In this document: one piece after another, positions 47,779 to 58,030 of the stretch
Layout: each line of letters starts with the position of its first letter
How positions within the stretch are numbered: the stretch's first letter is position 1
Assembly (NCBI GenBank): GCA_036521275.1
Contig: DATDIC010000124.1
Span: forward strand, 1-63,551
Length of the DNA: 63,551 nt
Direction: 5' to 3'
Origin: Acetobacteraceae bacterium
GTDB taxonomy: Bacteria > Pseudomonadota > Alphaproteobacteria > Acetobacterales > Acetobacteraceae
Made by a program: the position numbers and the translations under genes
Notes under the pieces: generated by a model
Databases searched by the model: none
What the model was told of the DNA's origin: nothing
Seen by the model: only the letters and a program-made list of their open reading frames with translations

Positions 47779-48897
47779 CTACGCCCCAATCGCCGACGGC
47801 ACCAGCGACAGCATCCGCCCCTGAAGGTCCAGCGGTAGCAGCTTCATGCTTTCGACCGGGGATGCGGGAAAGATAACCCCGGCACGAACCTGCACCGAAA
47901 CCCGATCGCCCTCTCTTGCGCCGAGCGGCGCCACGCTATCGATGGGAATGGTAACATCGACGTTGCTGCCGGCAAGCTCCACGACCACCCGGGCCAGCGG
48001 GCCCGTGCGACGCGCATGCCGGACCAGCCCCGGACCCGACGCATCGCGCGACAGGACAATATCCTGCGGCCTAACATAGACCACGGCCGAGCCGATGCCG
48101 CGCTCCGCTCGCCCGATCGGCAGCGCGCCCAACAGCACGAAACCATGCTCGATGTGGCATTCCAGCCGGTTCGTTTCGCCCAGGAACTCGTGCACGAAGG
48201 CGCTGGCAGGCTGTGCATAGACCTCTGCTGGCGTGCCGATCTGCTCGATCCGGCCGGACGACAGCACCACCACCCGGTCGGCCAACTCCAGCGCCTCTTC
48301 CTGGTCGTGGGTAACGAACACGCTGGTAACGTTGAGGTTCCTGTGCAACTGCCGCAGCCACCGCCGCAGCTCCTTGCGAACTTTCGCATCCAGCACACCG
48401 AACGGTTCGTCGAGCAGGAGCATCCGCGGATCGATCGCCAGTGCGCGGCACAGCGCGATGCGCTGTCTCTGCCCGCCGGAAAGCTGAGCCGGATAGCGGT
48501 CAGCCAGCCATTCAAGCTGCACCAGCTCCAGCAATCTCTGGACGCGCTGCGCGATCTCCGCTTGCGACAGACGCTGTGCCCGCTTGCGCACGCGCAGACC
48601 GAAGGCGACGTTCTCGAACACCGTCATGTGCCGGAACAGGGCGTAGTGCTGGAACACGAACCCCACGCGCCGCTCGCGCATGGTGTGGATCGGCGCGTCC
48701 TCGTCGCCGAACAGGATCTGCCCGGCGTCCGGCGTGTCCAGGCCCGCAATGATCCGCAGCAACGTCGTCTTGCCGGATCCGGACGGTCCCAACAGCGCCA
48801 GCAGCTCACCCGGGCGCACCTGCAGGTCGATACTATCCAGTGCCACATGCGCGCCGAAGCGCTTGGAGATGCCCTTGATGGAAATGGCGGTGCTCAT
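47779..48897 (-). CDS. cysA: sulfate/thiosulfate ABC transporter ATP-binding protein
   Basis: 372-aa ORF with Walker [10 protein letters not shown], signature [14 protein letters not shown] and a C-terminal regulatory domain. Last gene of the cysPTWA order. Confidence 0.9.
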   Translation of the reverse strand: MSTAISIKGISKRFGAHVALDSIDLQVRPGELLALLGPSGSGKTTLLRIIAGLDTPDAGQILFGDEDAPIHTMRERRVGFVFQHYALFRHMTVFENVAFGLRVRKRAQRLSQAEIAQRVQRLLELVQLEWLADRYPAQLSGGQRQRIALCRALAIDPRMLLLDEPFGVLDAKVRKELRRWLRQLHRNLNVTSVFVTHDQEEALELADRVVVLSSGRIEQIGTPAEVYAQPASAFVHEFLGETNRLECHIEHGFVLLGALPIGRAERGIGSAVVYVRPQDIVLSRDASGPGLVRHARRTGPLARVVVELAGSNVDVTIPIDSVAPLGAREGDRVSVQVRAGVIFPASPVESMKLLPLDLQGRMLSLVPSAIGA

Positions 48898-48911
48898 CGT
48901 CTGCCTCGTTC

Positions 48912-49775
48912 TCAGAACCGGTGGGTTGCGGTCAGCTCATCAGGGAAGCGCGATTCCAGCAGCAGCTTGGCAACCAGTGTAACCAGCGCCAGGCCAGCCA
49001 GCAGGGACGCGACGGCAAAGGCGGCCTCGGTCTGATAATCGTTGAACAGCGCTTCCACCTGCAACGGCATCGTATCCGTCGCGCCGCGTATATGGCCGGA
49101 CACCACCGAAACAGCCCCGAACTCGCCCATCGCCCGCGCATTGCACAGCAGCACGCCGTACAGCAGCCCCCAGCGGATCTTGGGTATGGTCACGCGCCAG
49201 AACGTGCTCCACCCCGAGGCACCCAGCGATACCGCCGCTTCCTCCTCCTCGGCACCCTGCTCTTCCATCAGCGGAATCAGCTCCCGCGCGACGAACGGCA
49301 GCGTGACGAAGATGGTGGCCAACACGATCCCCGGAGTTGCGAAAATCACCTGGACATCGCGGTCCCGCAGCCACGGCCCGAGCCAGCCATGCAACCCGAA
49401 CAGCATCACCTGGCAAAGTCCCGCAATGACCGGTGAAATGGAGAACGGCAGATCGATCAGCGTGACCAGAAAGCTCTTGCCGCGAAATTCGAACCGGGCA
49501 ACGCACCACGCCGCCGCAATACCGAACATCACGTTCAATGCCACCGCGATCACCGCGACGAACAGGGTCAACCGGATGGCGGACAGCGTGTCGGGATCGG
49601 CAAGCGCGTCAACATAGGCGCCAACACCCGAGCCGAACGCCTGCACCAGAACAACGGCCAGAGGCAGCAGCAGGAACAGCACCATCAGGCCGAGTGCGGC
49701 GGCGGTCAGAGCATGCCGTACCCAGCCGTTCGCATACATAGAAGAGATCGGCACGCCGAGCGTCTCAGTCGCCAT
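48912..49775 (-). CDS. cysW: sulfate ABC transporter permease
   Basis: 287-aa polytopic ORF ([22 protein letters not shown] loop), third in the operon. Confidence 0.88.
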   Translation of the reverse strand: MATETLGVPISSMYANGWVRHALTAAALGLMVLFLLLPLAVVLVQAFGSGVGAYVDALADPDTLSAIRLTLFVAVIAVALNVMFGIAAAWCVARFEFRGKSFLVTLIDLPFSISPVIAGLCQVMLFGLHGWLGPWLRDRDVQVIFATPGIVLATIFVTLPFVARELIPLMEEQGAEEEEAAVSLGASGWSTFWRVTIPKIRWGLLYGVLLCNARAMGEFGAVSVVSGHIRGATDTMPLQVEALFNDYQTEAAFAVASLLAGLALVTLVAKLLLESRFPDELTATHRF

Positions 49776-50613
49776 GACGCACCCGCATCCAGTCCTGCAG
49801 ACGATTGATCGCCAGCAACAGCAGAAACGAGATCAGCAGCATCGTCGTACCCAGCGCCGTCGCGCCGGCATAATTGAACTGGTCGAGATCGATCACGATC
49901 AGCAGCGGCACGATTTCCGAGATCATCGGCTTGTTGCCGGCAATGAATATGACCGAGCCGTACTCCCCCAGGCCACGTGCGAGGGCCATGGTGAAGCCGG
50001 TCAGCAGCGCCGGGGTCAGCGCCGGGAAAATGACCCGCCGGAAGGTCTGCCAGCCGCTCGCGCCCAGCATGTGGGACGCCTCTTCCTGTTCGTGCTCCAG
50101 CTCCTGCAACACCGGCTGCACCGCGCGGACCACGAACGGAAGCCCGATGAACGTCAGTGCGACGACAATCCCAAGCGGCGTGAAGGCGACGCGAATGCCG
50201 AGCGGCGCGAGCAACGACCCGATCCAGCCGTTCGGCGCATAAAGCGACGTCAGGGCAATCCCGGCCACCGCCGTCGGCAATGCGAACGGCAGGTCCACGA
50301 ACGCGTCCATCAGGCGGCGGCCAGGAAACCGATGCCGCACCAGGACCCAGGCGATCAGCAGCCCGGCCGCCGCCGCTATTGCCGCCGACCCACCGGCGCA
50401 TGACAGCGTGACACGGAACGCCGCCAGTGCGCGTGGTTGCAGAACCGCATGCAAAAATGACTGCCACCCGCCGCCGATCGTCGTGAGCACCATCGCAGCC
50501 AGCGGGAGCAGCACGATCAAGGACAAATACGTGATGGTCAGCCCGAAGCTCGGCCCAAATCCCGGCAGCACGCTGGGCTTGCGCCACCCCGACAGGCTTG
50601 CGGCAACGGCCAT
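49765..50613 (-). CDS. cysT: sulfate ABC transporter permease
   Basis: 282-aa polytopic ORF ([21 protein letters not shown] loop), second in the operon. 11-nt overlap with cysW. Confidence 0.88.
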   Translation of the reverse strand: MAVAASLSGWRKPSVLPGFGPSFGLTITYLSLIVLLPLAAMVLTTIGGGWQSFLHAVLQPRALAAFRVTLSCAGGSAAIAAAAGLLIAWVLVRHRFPGRRLMDAFVDLPFALPTAVAGIALTSLYAPNGWIGSLLAPLGIRVAFTPLGIVVALTFIGLPFVVRAVQPVLQELEHEQEEASHMLGASGWQTFRRVIFPALTPALLTGFTMALARGLGEYGSVIFIAGNKPMISEIVPLLIVIDLDQFNYAGATALGTTMLLISFLLLLAINRLQDWMRVRHGD

Positions 50614-50616
50614 CGC

Positions 50617-51630
50617 TCAGCCTCCCGGACGATAGATCTGATCGAATATGCCGCCATCGGCGAAGAACCGTTGCTGCGCCTGCGTCCAGCCGCCGAACTG
50701 CTCGATGGTGCTTAGTTTCACCATAGGGAACTGATGCTGATATTTCTGCGCTACCGATTGCAGGCGCGGCCGGTAGAAATTCTGGGCGCAGATCTCCTGG
50801 CCGTCCGGCGTGTACAGATATTGCAGGTATGCCTCAGCCAGTTTCCTTGTGCCGCGCCGGTCCACGACCTGATCGACCACGGCAACCGGCGGCTCCGCGA
50901 GGATGCTCAGGCTCGGGACCACGACCTCGAATGTGCCCGGTTTGGCTTCCGCAATCGACAGGAACGCCTCATTTTCCCAGGCCAGCAGCACATCGCCGAT
51001 GCCGCGCTCCGTGAATGTGATCGTGGCACCGCGCGCACCCGTATCCAGCACCGGCACGTTCTTCAGCAGGTCGCGCGCATATGCCAGCGCCTTCGCGTCG
51101 CCACCTTCGTTCAGCGCCCAGGCATACGCGGCCAGGAAGTTCCATCGGGCGCCGCCCGAGGTCTTCGGGTTCGGCGTGATCACCTGGACCCCCCGACGCG
51201 TCAGGTCACTCCAGTCCTTGATCTGCTTCGGATTGCCCTTCCGAACCAGGAACACGATCGTGCTGGTGTAGGGCGTGCTGCCATCTGGCATTCGCGCCTG
51301 CCAGTCCCTGGCGAGCCGGCCGGCCGCGGCAATCGCGTCGATGTCATAGGCCAGCGCCAGCGTCACCACGTCCGCATTCAGGCCGTCGATCACCGATCGC
51401 GCCTGCGCGCCGGAACCGCCATGCGACATGCGGATGCCGATGTCGCCGCCTTCCTGATCCGTCCAATGCCGCGCAAACGCCGCATTGAATTTCTTGTACA
51501 ACTCCCGCGTCGGATCATACGACACGTTCAATATATCGACACGCGCTGCCGCCCGTCCGCGCAGTGGAAGCAGCGCCATCGTACCGGCCGCAAGCATCGC
51601 ACGACGAGCAGGGTTGGGGAGTCTCTCCAC
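50617..51630 (-). CDS. cysP: sulfate/thiosulfate ABC transporter substrate-binding protein
   Basis: 337-aa ORF with a signal peptide and the Sbp/CysP pattern (ILNVSYDPTRELY, SHGGSGAQARSVIDG). Confidence 0.88.
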   Translation of the reverse strand: MERLPNPARRAMLAAGTMALLPLRGRAAARVDILNVSYDPTRELYKKFNAAFARHWTDQEGGDIGIRMSHGGSGAQARSVIDGLNADVVTLALAYDIDAIAAAGRLARDWQARMPDGSTPYTSTIVFLVRKGNPKQIKDWSDLTRRGVQVITPNPKTSGGARWNFLAAYAWALNEGGDAKALAYARDLLKNVPVLDTGARGATITFTERGIGDVLLAWENEAFLSIAEAKPGTFEVVVPSLSILAEPPVAVVDQVVDRRGTRKLAEAYLQYLYTPDGQEICAQNFYRPRLQSVAQKYQHQFPMVKLSTIEQFGGWTQAQQRFFADGGIFDQIYRPGG

Positions 51631-51869
51631 GCCAACACTCCTGTTTTCAGTGATTCCAGCACCGCTGCCTGGGGTAGCTCCTGCCTTCCGGCATATTTCC
51701 TACCCTTCATATATGGATTGATGCATGCTGACCCTGGCACGTCAACAAAAAACAGCAGCCGCACCAACGAGGCGTCTCATATATTTCCTATTGACGGGAT
51801 ATGGTTTGATGTGATTGCCTCATCCTGCGGCGTGCCATCGGGGCACCCACCGAGCCAGGAGGCAGAGAG

Positions 51870-52004
51870 ATGACCCGTCCAGATCATCGCATCACCGCCC
51901 GTGCAGCCCAGGAAGAAGACCTTGGACCCGCCGAGGGTATCATCATCGCGCTTTTGATGGTCATACCGTTCTGGACGCTGGTGGCCTGCATCTGCTCCAG
52001 ATAA
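51870..52004 (+). CDS. candidate small membrane protein (44 aa), not in the supplied ORF track
   Basis: ATG 51870 is preceded by AGGAGG with an 8-nt spacing. Translation MTRPDHRITARAAQEEDLGPAEGIIIALLMVIPFWTLVACICSR has one clear TM helix. It lies in a 540-nt lower-GC intergenic region. Confidence 0.4.
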   Translation: MTRPDHRITARAAQEEDLGPAEGIIIALLMVIPFWTLVACICSR

Positions 52005-52170
52005 CGTTGCACATCACCTGAAACTTGCGCCCGACATTCGGGTGCAAAGGACGCCCAGGAAACCTTGGCAATTCCCGCGCACGCCGGACCGGCGTCACCC
52101 GGCGTCCAACCGGTTGCGGTACAGCGCATTCGATGCCACCACCATGATCCCAGTCGGCAAAGGATCGGTG

Positions 52171-53421
52171 ATGAGCAACAGCGGAGCGGTCGCCGCGGTC
52201 GATACGGCACGTCAGTGGGACCGCTTGATGGCGATGGCCCGGATCGGCGCCATCGCCAATGAAGGTGTGAACCGCGCCTGCCTGACGGACCTGGACCGCC
52301 AGGCCCGACGCTTGCTGATCGACTGGGCCGCCAGCATCGGCGCCACCGTGTCGGTCGATGCCGCAGCCAACCTGTTCCTGCGGTTCGACGGCACGCACCC
52401 GAACGCCGCACCCGTGCTGACCGGCAGCCACATGGATACGCAGCCGCAAGGCGGCCGGTTCGACGGCATCTACGGCGTCATTGCCGGCCTGGAGGCGCTG
52501 GCCGCGATCCGGCAGGCCGGCATCCGGCCTCGCCGGCCGATCGAGGTCGTTGCATGGACCAACGAGGAAGGCGGCCGCTTCGCCCCCGGTTGCATGGGCA
52601 GCATGGCCTGGAGCGGCGTGAAGCGCATCGAAGACTTCGGCGACATCACCGACCCCGAGGGACTCCGCTTCGCCGACGCGCTCGCGGATCATCTGTCCGC
52701 CGAATCCGATCTGCCGCGCCGCCCGCTCGGCGGGCAGCCGCACGCCTACCTGGAAGCGCATATCGAGCAGGGGCCGCGGCTGGAAGCCGAAGCGCTGGAT
52801 ATCGGGGTCGTCACCGGCATCCAGGGCAGCCGCTGGTTCACCGTCACCTTGTCCGGCGAAACCGCCCATGCCGGCACCACGCCCTTGGCATTACGGCACG
52901 ACGCAGTCCAGGACATGATTCGCGCCATTTCGGCGCTCAATCGGCTGATGCGGGATCCGTCCGACGTGCTTCGCTTCACCGTCGGGCGCGTGGTGGTGGA
53001 ACCGAACACATCCAATTCGGTCGCGAACCATGCCAGTTTTACCATCGACCTGCGGCACCCGGAAGCCGACGTGCTGCTGGCACGTGGGGACGCGGTGCGC
53101 GGGGTCGTTCAGTCGGCCATGCGCCGCTGCTCCGCCGACGTGCGGGAGACGTTTCACGCGCTGCCGGTTGCATTTGCGCCCTCCGTGATCGCCGCGGTCG
53201 AGCAGGCCGCAAACGGGTTGGGATTGCGGTCGACCCGGCTGCCGTCCGGTGCATTCCATGATGCGCAGTTCGTCGTGCCGGTGTGCCCCGCCGGCATGAT
53301 CTTCGTGCCCTGCCGCAAGGGGATCAGCCACAACCCCGCCGAATACGCCAGCCCAGAACAACTGGCCGGCGGCACCCGCGTGCTGACGGGCGCGCTGCTT
53401 GCGCTGGCCGGCGTTGGTTAG
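52171..53421 (+). CDS. M20-family Zn-dependent amidohydrolase (N-carbamoyl-amino-acid hydrolase/allantoate amidohydrolase type)
   Basis: ORF 52042..53421 trimmed to Met44, with AGGA 8 nt upstream. Pattern GSHMDTQPQGGRFDGIYGV, WTNEEGGRF and GETAHAGTTP. Confidence 0.85.
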   Translation: MSNSGAVAAVDTARQWDRLMAMARIGAIANEGVNRACLTDLDRQARRLLIDWAASIGATVSVDAAANLFLRFDGTHPNAAPVLTGSHMDTQPQGGRFDGIYGVIAGLEALAAIRQAGIRPRRPIEVVAWTNEEGGRFAPGCMGSMAWSGVKRIEDFGDITDPEGLRFADALADHLSAESDLPRRPLGGQPHAYLEAHIEQGPRLEAEALDIGVVTGIQGSRWFTVTLSGETAHAGTTPLALRHDAVQDMIRAISALNRLMRDPSDVLRFTVGRVVVEPNTSNSVANHASFTIDLRHPEADVLLARGDAVRGVVQSAMRRCSADVRETFHALPVAFAPSVIAAVEQAANGLGLRSTRLPSGAFHDAQFVVPVCPAGMIFVPCRKGISHNPAEYASPEQLAGGTRVLTGALLALAGVG

Positions 53422-54086
53422 ATCGGCTCCGCCTCCACGGCCGCGATATCCAGCAGCCGTTCGATCACCTCCGGCTCCTGCGCCCCGGCGATCGCGTGGC
53501 GGCCGGCAACCACGAAACACGGGACCCCGTTGATGCCCAGCCGGTGCGCGCGAAGATTTTCCGCATGCACCGCGTCGGTATCCTCCGTCCCAGCCAGGTA
53601 GCGCCGCACCGCCGGCCCATCCAGGCCGCAGGCACTGGCGATCACGGCCAGCATCGAAACGTCGCCGATATCCAGCCCATCAGTGAAATGCGCGGAAAAC
53701 AATGCCTCGATCAGCGCGTCGGCGCGTCCATGGCGGCCGGCATACCGCACCAGGCGATGGGCATCCACGCTCGACGGGGTGCGCCGGATCCGATCGAACC
53801 GGAACAGCACGCCCTCAGTCCGGCCGATCTCGGAGATCGAGGCATACAGCCGCCGCGCCCGGTCCTCGCCGCCGAATTTCCGCAGCACGTAATCCGGCCG
53901 CGACATCCCGGCGCGAGGCATGTCGGGATTGAGCAGGAAGGGCCGCCAGATCAGCTCGAACAGCAGGTCCGGGCGTCGGCGCAGCGTGCGCAGCATTCGC
54001 CGGACGCCGAGGAAGCACCACGGGCAGACCAGGTCGTGCACCACCTCGATCGACAGGCGCGCCTTGGGTGGGGCCAGGACGTTCAC
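53418..54086 (-). CDS. DsbA-family thioredoxin-fold oxidoreductase/isomerase (FrnE/HCCA-isomerase-like)
   Basis: 222-aa ORF with a CPWC active-site motif (HDLVCPWCFLG). Confidence 0.85.
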   Translation of the reverse strand: MNVLAPPKARLSIEVVHDLVCPWCFLGVRRMLRTLRRRPDLLFELIWRPFLLNPDMPRAGMSRPDYVLRKFGGEDRARRLYASISEIGRTEGVLFRFDRIRRTPSSVDAHRLVRYAGRHGRADALIEALFSAHFTDGLDIGDVSMLAVIASACGLDGPAVRRYLAGTEDTDAVHAENLRAHRLGINGVPCFVVAGRHAIAGAQEPEVIERLLDIAAVEAEPI

Positions 54087-54188
54087 GGTGCGACTCGCAA
54101 GGCCGGTCCGACAACTATCACCGTCGTATCATCCCCGAGAAGGACCGGGCACTGCAAGCCCGTACGCGACCCGTGCGCTACCCGTATG

Positions 54189-56240
54189 CTACCCTGGGTC
54201 AGCCTTCAGATGCATGGTCAGGTTGCCGAACGCATCCACCCGCAGATCGGCGGACGGGCCGACGACCGCGGTGGATTCCGCCTCTTCGATCAGCGCCGGC
54301 CCCTCGATCCGCGTGTCCGGCCGCAGCGCGGCGCGCGCATAGACCGGCGTATCCACGAACCCACCGGCCTCGGCGAAATAGGCCGGCCGACGCTCGATCA
54401 GCGGGTCCTGCCGCAGCGCGTTGCCGGCAAACCGGATTTCGCTCACCGGCGCCGGGGCGATCGAGCGCACCCGCCAGGATACGAGTTCCACCGGCATGCC
54501 GCCCAGGCTGCGGGCGAACCGCGCGCGGTACTCCGAATCGAACGCGCGTTGCAGCACGGCCGGGTCGCGGGAAGCGATCGCCGCGGCTGACAACGGCACG
54601 GTCACCTCGAACCCCTGCCCGGCGTAGCGCATGTCAGCCGCGGTTTCGAACGAGATCTCCGCGTCGGCTACACCACCCTGGCGCAGCACCTCCCGCCCGT
54701 GTTCTTCCAAGTCCGCCAGCACCGCGGCAGCCTGGTCCCAATCCAACCGGCTGAGCCCGACGACCAGGCTGCGGGTCAGCTCCACGCTGCGCGGCGCCAC
54801 CAGCATGCCGATCGCCGACGCCACCCCCGCCCCAAGCGGGAAGATCACCTCCCTGATGTCCAGCAGGCGCGCCAGCTCATAGGCGTGCACCGGGCCGGCG
54901 CCGCCAAACGCCACCATCCGGTAGCGTAATGGATCGGTGCCCGCTTCGGCAATATGCACGCGCGCCGCGGTGGCCATGTTGTTATCGACCACGCGGGCGA
55001 TGCCGTCCGCAGTCGCGACCGTGTCCAGATCGAGCCGGCGCCCGAGCCGGGCGATGGCGGCTTCGGCCCGCCGGCGGTCCAGCCGCATGCGCCCGCCCAG
55101 GAACCGATCGGGCGACAGGTAGCCGCGCAGCAGGTCCGCATCCGTGACGGTCGGGTCTTCTCCGCCGGCACCGTAACAGGCCGGCCCCGGCACTGCCCCG
55201 GCGCTGCGCGGCCCAACGCCCAGCAGCCCCAACTCATCGACCGCGGCGATGCTGCCGCCGCCGGCGCCGATCTCGATCAGCTCGATTGCCGGCAGCCGCA
55301 GGGGCAGGCCGCTGCCCTTCTTGAACCGCGCCAGCCGCGCGACTTCTAGCTCGTGCGTACGGTGCGGCTGGCCACCGTGGATCAGGCTGAGCTTCGCCGT
55401 CGTGCCGCCCATGTCGAAGGCGATCACGTCATCCCATCCTGCCTGGCGGGCCAGGAACGCAGCCCCCATGGTTCCCGCCGCCGGCCCGGATTCCACCAGC
55501 GCGATCGGCTGCGCGGTGGCGGCACGCGCCGTGGTGATGCCGCCATCGGACAGCATCACGAACAACGGCACCGCCAGCGACCGCTCCAGTTCCAACAGAT
55601 ACCGGTTGGCGATCGGCGAGATATACGCATTCGCCAGGCAGGTGGAAAACCGCTCGAACTCGCGTATCTCCGGGGCGATGCCGCTGGAGGTGCAGACCGC
55701 GATGCCCGGGCATTCGTCTTCCACGATGCGCTGCGCCTGCTGCTCGTGCGCCGGGTTGCGATAGGCGTTGAAAAACGCGATCGCGATGGATTGCACGCCG
55801 GCATCGCGCAGTGCGCGAGCGGCAACGCGCATTCCCGCCTCGTCCAGCGGCAGCACCGCTTCGCCGTCGGCGCCAAGCCGTTCGCGGACCGTCAGCCGCA
55901 AGCGCCGCTCCACCAGCGGCTCCGGCCGCTCGATCTGGAGGTCGAACGAATCGTAGCGCAGCTCCGAGCCGATCTCCAGCACATCGCGGTAACCTTCGGT
56001 GGTGATCAGGCCGGTCTTCACGCCGCGACGCTCGATCAGCGCGTTGGTCACCAGCGTCGTGCCATGCACCACCAGGCCGGCCCGCGCCGGCATCGCAGCC
56101 AGCCCGTCGATGATCGCGCGGCGCGGATCGTCCGGCGTGGTCAGCAGCTTGTGCAGCGCCAGCGTGCCGCTGGTCGTGTCGTACTGAACGATATCGGTGA
56201 AGGTGCCGCCGACATCGGCGCCCGCCAGGAACTGCATCAC
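54189..56240 (-). CDS. hyuA: hydantoinase A/oxoprolinase family protein (ATP-dependent)
   Basis: 683-aa ORF with the N-terminal ASKHA-type motif GADVGGTFTDIV. Confidence 0.9.
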   Translation of the reverse strand: MMQFLAGADVGGTFTDIVQYDTTSGTLALHKLLTTPDDPRRAIIDGLAAMPARAGLVVHGTTLVTNALIERRGVKTGLITTEGYRDVLEIGSELRYDSFDLQIERPEPLVERRLRLTVRERLGADGEAVLPLDEAGMRVAARALRDAGVQSIAIAFFNAYRNPAHEQQAQRIVEDECPGIAVCTSSGIAPEIREFERFSTCLANAYISPIANRYLLELERSLAVPLFVMLSDGGITTARAATAQPIALVESGPAAGTMGAAFLARQAGWDDVIAFDMGGTTAKLSLIHGGQPHRTHELEVARLARFKKGSGLPLRLPAIELIEIGAGGGSIAAVDELGLLGVGPRSAGAVPGPACYGAGGEDPTVTDADLLRGYLSPDRFLGGRMRLDRRRAEAAIARLGRRLDLDTVATADGIARVVDNNMATAARVHIAEAGTDPLRYRMVAFGGAGPVHAYELARLLDIREVIFPLGAGVASAIGMLVAPRSVELTRSLVVGLSRLDWDQAAAVLADLEEHGREVLRQGGVADAEISFETAADMRYAGQGFEVTVPLSAAAIASRDPAVLQRAFDSEYRARFARSLGGMPVELVSWRVRSIAPAPVSEIRFAGNALRQDPLIERRPAYFAEAGGFVDTPVYARAALRPDTRIEGPALIEEAESTAVVGPSADLRVDAFGNLTMHLKADPG

Positions 56241-57925
56241 AACCCGTATTCCTCGCCGGCCGTGCGCGCGGAGATGCGGCCCGCCTCCAGGTCGGCCCGC
56301 ACGGCGGCACGGTCACGCTCGCGCGGGTCGCCGAATCCGCCGCCGCCGGGATAGCGCACCACCAGCCGGTCACCGCCCTGCATGCGGCTGCGGCCCTTCA
56401 GCGGAAAGCCACTCTCGCGCCCATTCCAGGCAACCCGCGAAGGCGCCCCGGCACCGCCGCCCAATGCCCCAAGCGCGGGGTGCTGCATGCGTTCGACGAA
56501 CAGCGACAGGGTGGCGGGTTCCGCGGTGGTCAGTTCCAGCTCCACATCCTGCCCGAGCCCGCCGCGGAACTGCCCGGCGCCGCCGGAATCCGTCGCCAGC
56601 TCCTTGCGCCAGATGCGCAGCGGCGCCTGGGTTTCGATGATCTCCATCGAGCCGCAGATCACGCTGGACGGAAAGCACGTCGCCGACAGCCCATCCCGCC
56701 GCGCTCGCGCGCCCATGCCGCCGTTGATGAACAGGATCGCGCCGTAGCGGCGCCGGTCCTCCCGCCGGCCGGTGATCACCACGCGCAGGGTTGGCGCGCT
56801 GCCGGACTCGGCCAGGATCCTGTCCCCCAGCACCGGCGCAAGTGCCTTGTAGATCAACGCTGAAAGGCAGTGACCAACCAATTGACGCGCATTCACCGGT
56901 GCCGGGAAGCGCGGGTTCAGAATGCAACCTTCGGGCGCCTGCACATGGATCGGACGATAGGACCCTTCGTTGCGCGGCGTCCCCGGATCCAGCGCGCATT
57001 TCAGCGGGTAGCAGGAATATGCAACCGTATAGTTGGTTACCACGTTCAGCGCGCGTCCGACCTCGGGCGAGGTGCCGGTATAGTCCAGCAGCAGCTCCTC
57101 GCCCCGCTTGCTGATCTTCAGCGCGAGATGGATATCCTCCTCGCCAGTCCCATCGAGGTCGATGGCCGCCTGGTAGTCTCCGTCCGGGATCCCGCTGATC
57201 GCCCGGCGCATGGCGCGCTCGGACCGCTCGCATACCGCATGCGAGACGGGCGCCAGGTCAGCGATTGCCTCGCGCCGCAGCAGGTCGCGCAACCCGCGTC
57301 CCGCAGCATCCCCGGCCGCCACCTGCGCGGCGATGTCGCCCAGCACCTGATCGGGCAGCCGCGAATTCGCGCGCAGGAACTGATCCACCTCCGGCACCAC
57401 CACGCCGGCCTTCATGAACAGCAGCGGCGGGATGCGGATGCCTTCCTCGAACACGTCGCGCGCGTCCGCCGCCCACCCGATCCCGCCAAGGTCAGCCTGG
57501 TGCGCGACGCTGCCGGTCCAGCCGACCAGCCGCCGCTGATGAAACACGGGTGCAACCACCGTGATGTCCGGCAGGTGCCCCGATGTCAGCCACGGGTCAT
57601 TGCAGATGCCGACATCGCCGTCCTGCCAGTCGCCGGCGGGGCGGATCGACAGGAAATGCGCGAGCGTGCGCGACAGCGTCATGTTGAACGACGGAATGCC
57701 GATCGTGTTTTCCGCCATCGCATTCCCCGCCGCATCGAATATGACGCAGGCAAAGTCGTTCGACTCCCGCACTGTGGGCGAAAACGAGGTGCGGCGAAGC
57801 GTTGCCGCCGCTTCGTCCGCGATGGCGATCAGCCGCCGCCAGACCACCTGCAGAGCGATCGGATCCCCGGCAATGGCTTGCGCCCGTCCGTCCACGGTCT
57901 GATCCAGTGCGTTTGCTTCCACCAC
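56237..57925 (-). CDS. hyuB: hydantoinase B/oxoprolinase family protein
   Basis: 562-aa ORF with the HyuB pattern (TLRRTSFSPTVRESNDFACVIFD, GGGGFGDP). 4-nt overlap with hyuA. Confidence 0.9.
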   Translation of the reverse strand: MVEANALDQTVDGRAQAIAGDPIALQVVWRRLIAIADEAAATLRRTSFSPTVRESNDFACVIFDAAGNAMAENTIGIPSFNMTLSRTLAHFLSIRPAGDWQDGDVGICNDPWLTSGHLPDITVVAPVFHQRRLVGWTGSVAHQADLGGIGWAADARDVFEEGIRIPPLLFMKAGVVVPEVDQFLRANSRLPDQVLGDIAAQVAAGDAAGRGLRDLLRREAIADLAPVSHAVCERSERAMRRAISGIPDGDYQAAIDLDGTGEEDIHLALKISKRGEELLLDYTGTSPEVGRALNVVTNYTVAYSCYPLKCALDPGTPRNEGSYRPIHVQAPEGCILNPRFPAPVNARQLVGHCLSALIYKALAPVLGDRILAESGSAPTLRVVITGRREDRRRYGAILFINGGMGARARRDGLSATCFPSSVICGSMEIIETQAPLRIWRKELATDSGGAGQFRGGLGQDVELELTTAEPATLSLFVERMQHPALGALGGGAGAPSRVAWNGRESGFPLKGRSRMQGGDRLVVRYPGGGGFGDPRERDRAAVRADLEAGRISARTAGEEYGL

Positions 57926-58030
57926 CTTCTCTGTCCTTGCATGAACGGAAAATAGGGAGTGGCTGGCCCGCTTGTGTCAAGCGAGCGTCCGCGCCAAACT
58001 GCCCGCAACAAACAAACAGGGAGACTTGGG

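Noticed and set aside
51631-51869. Possible riboswitch or structured leader upstream of cysP
   Set aside because: The region is lower in GC, but I could not recognise any known riboswitch core or a convincing conserved stem arrangement by eye. It is left as plain promoter/intergenic DNA.
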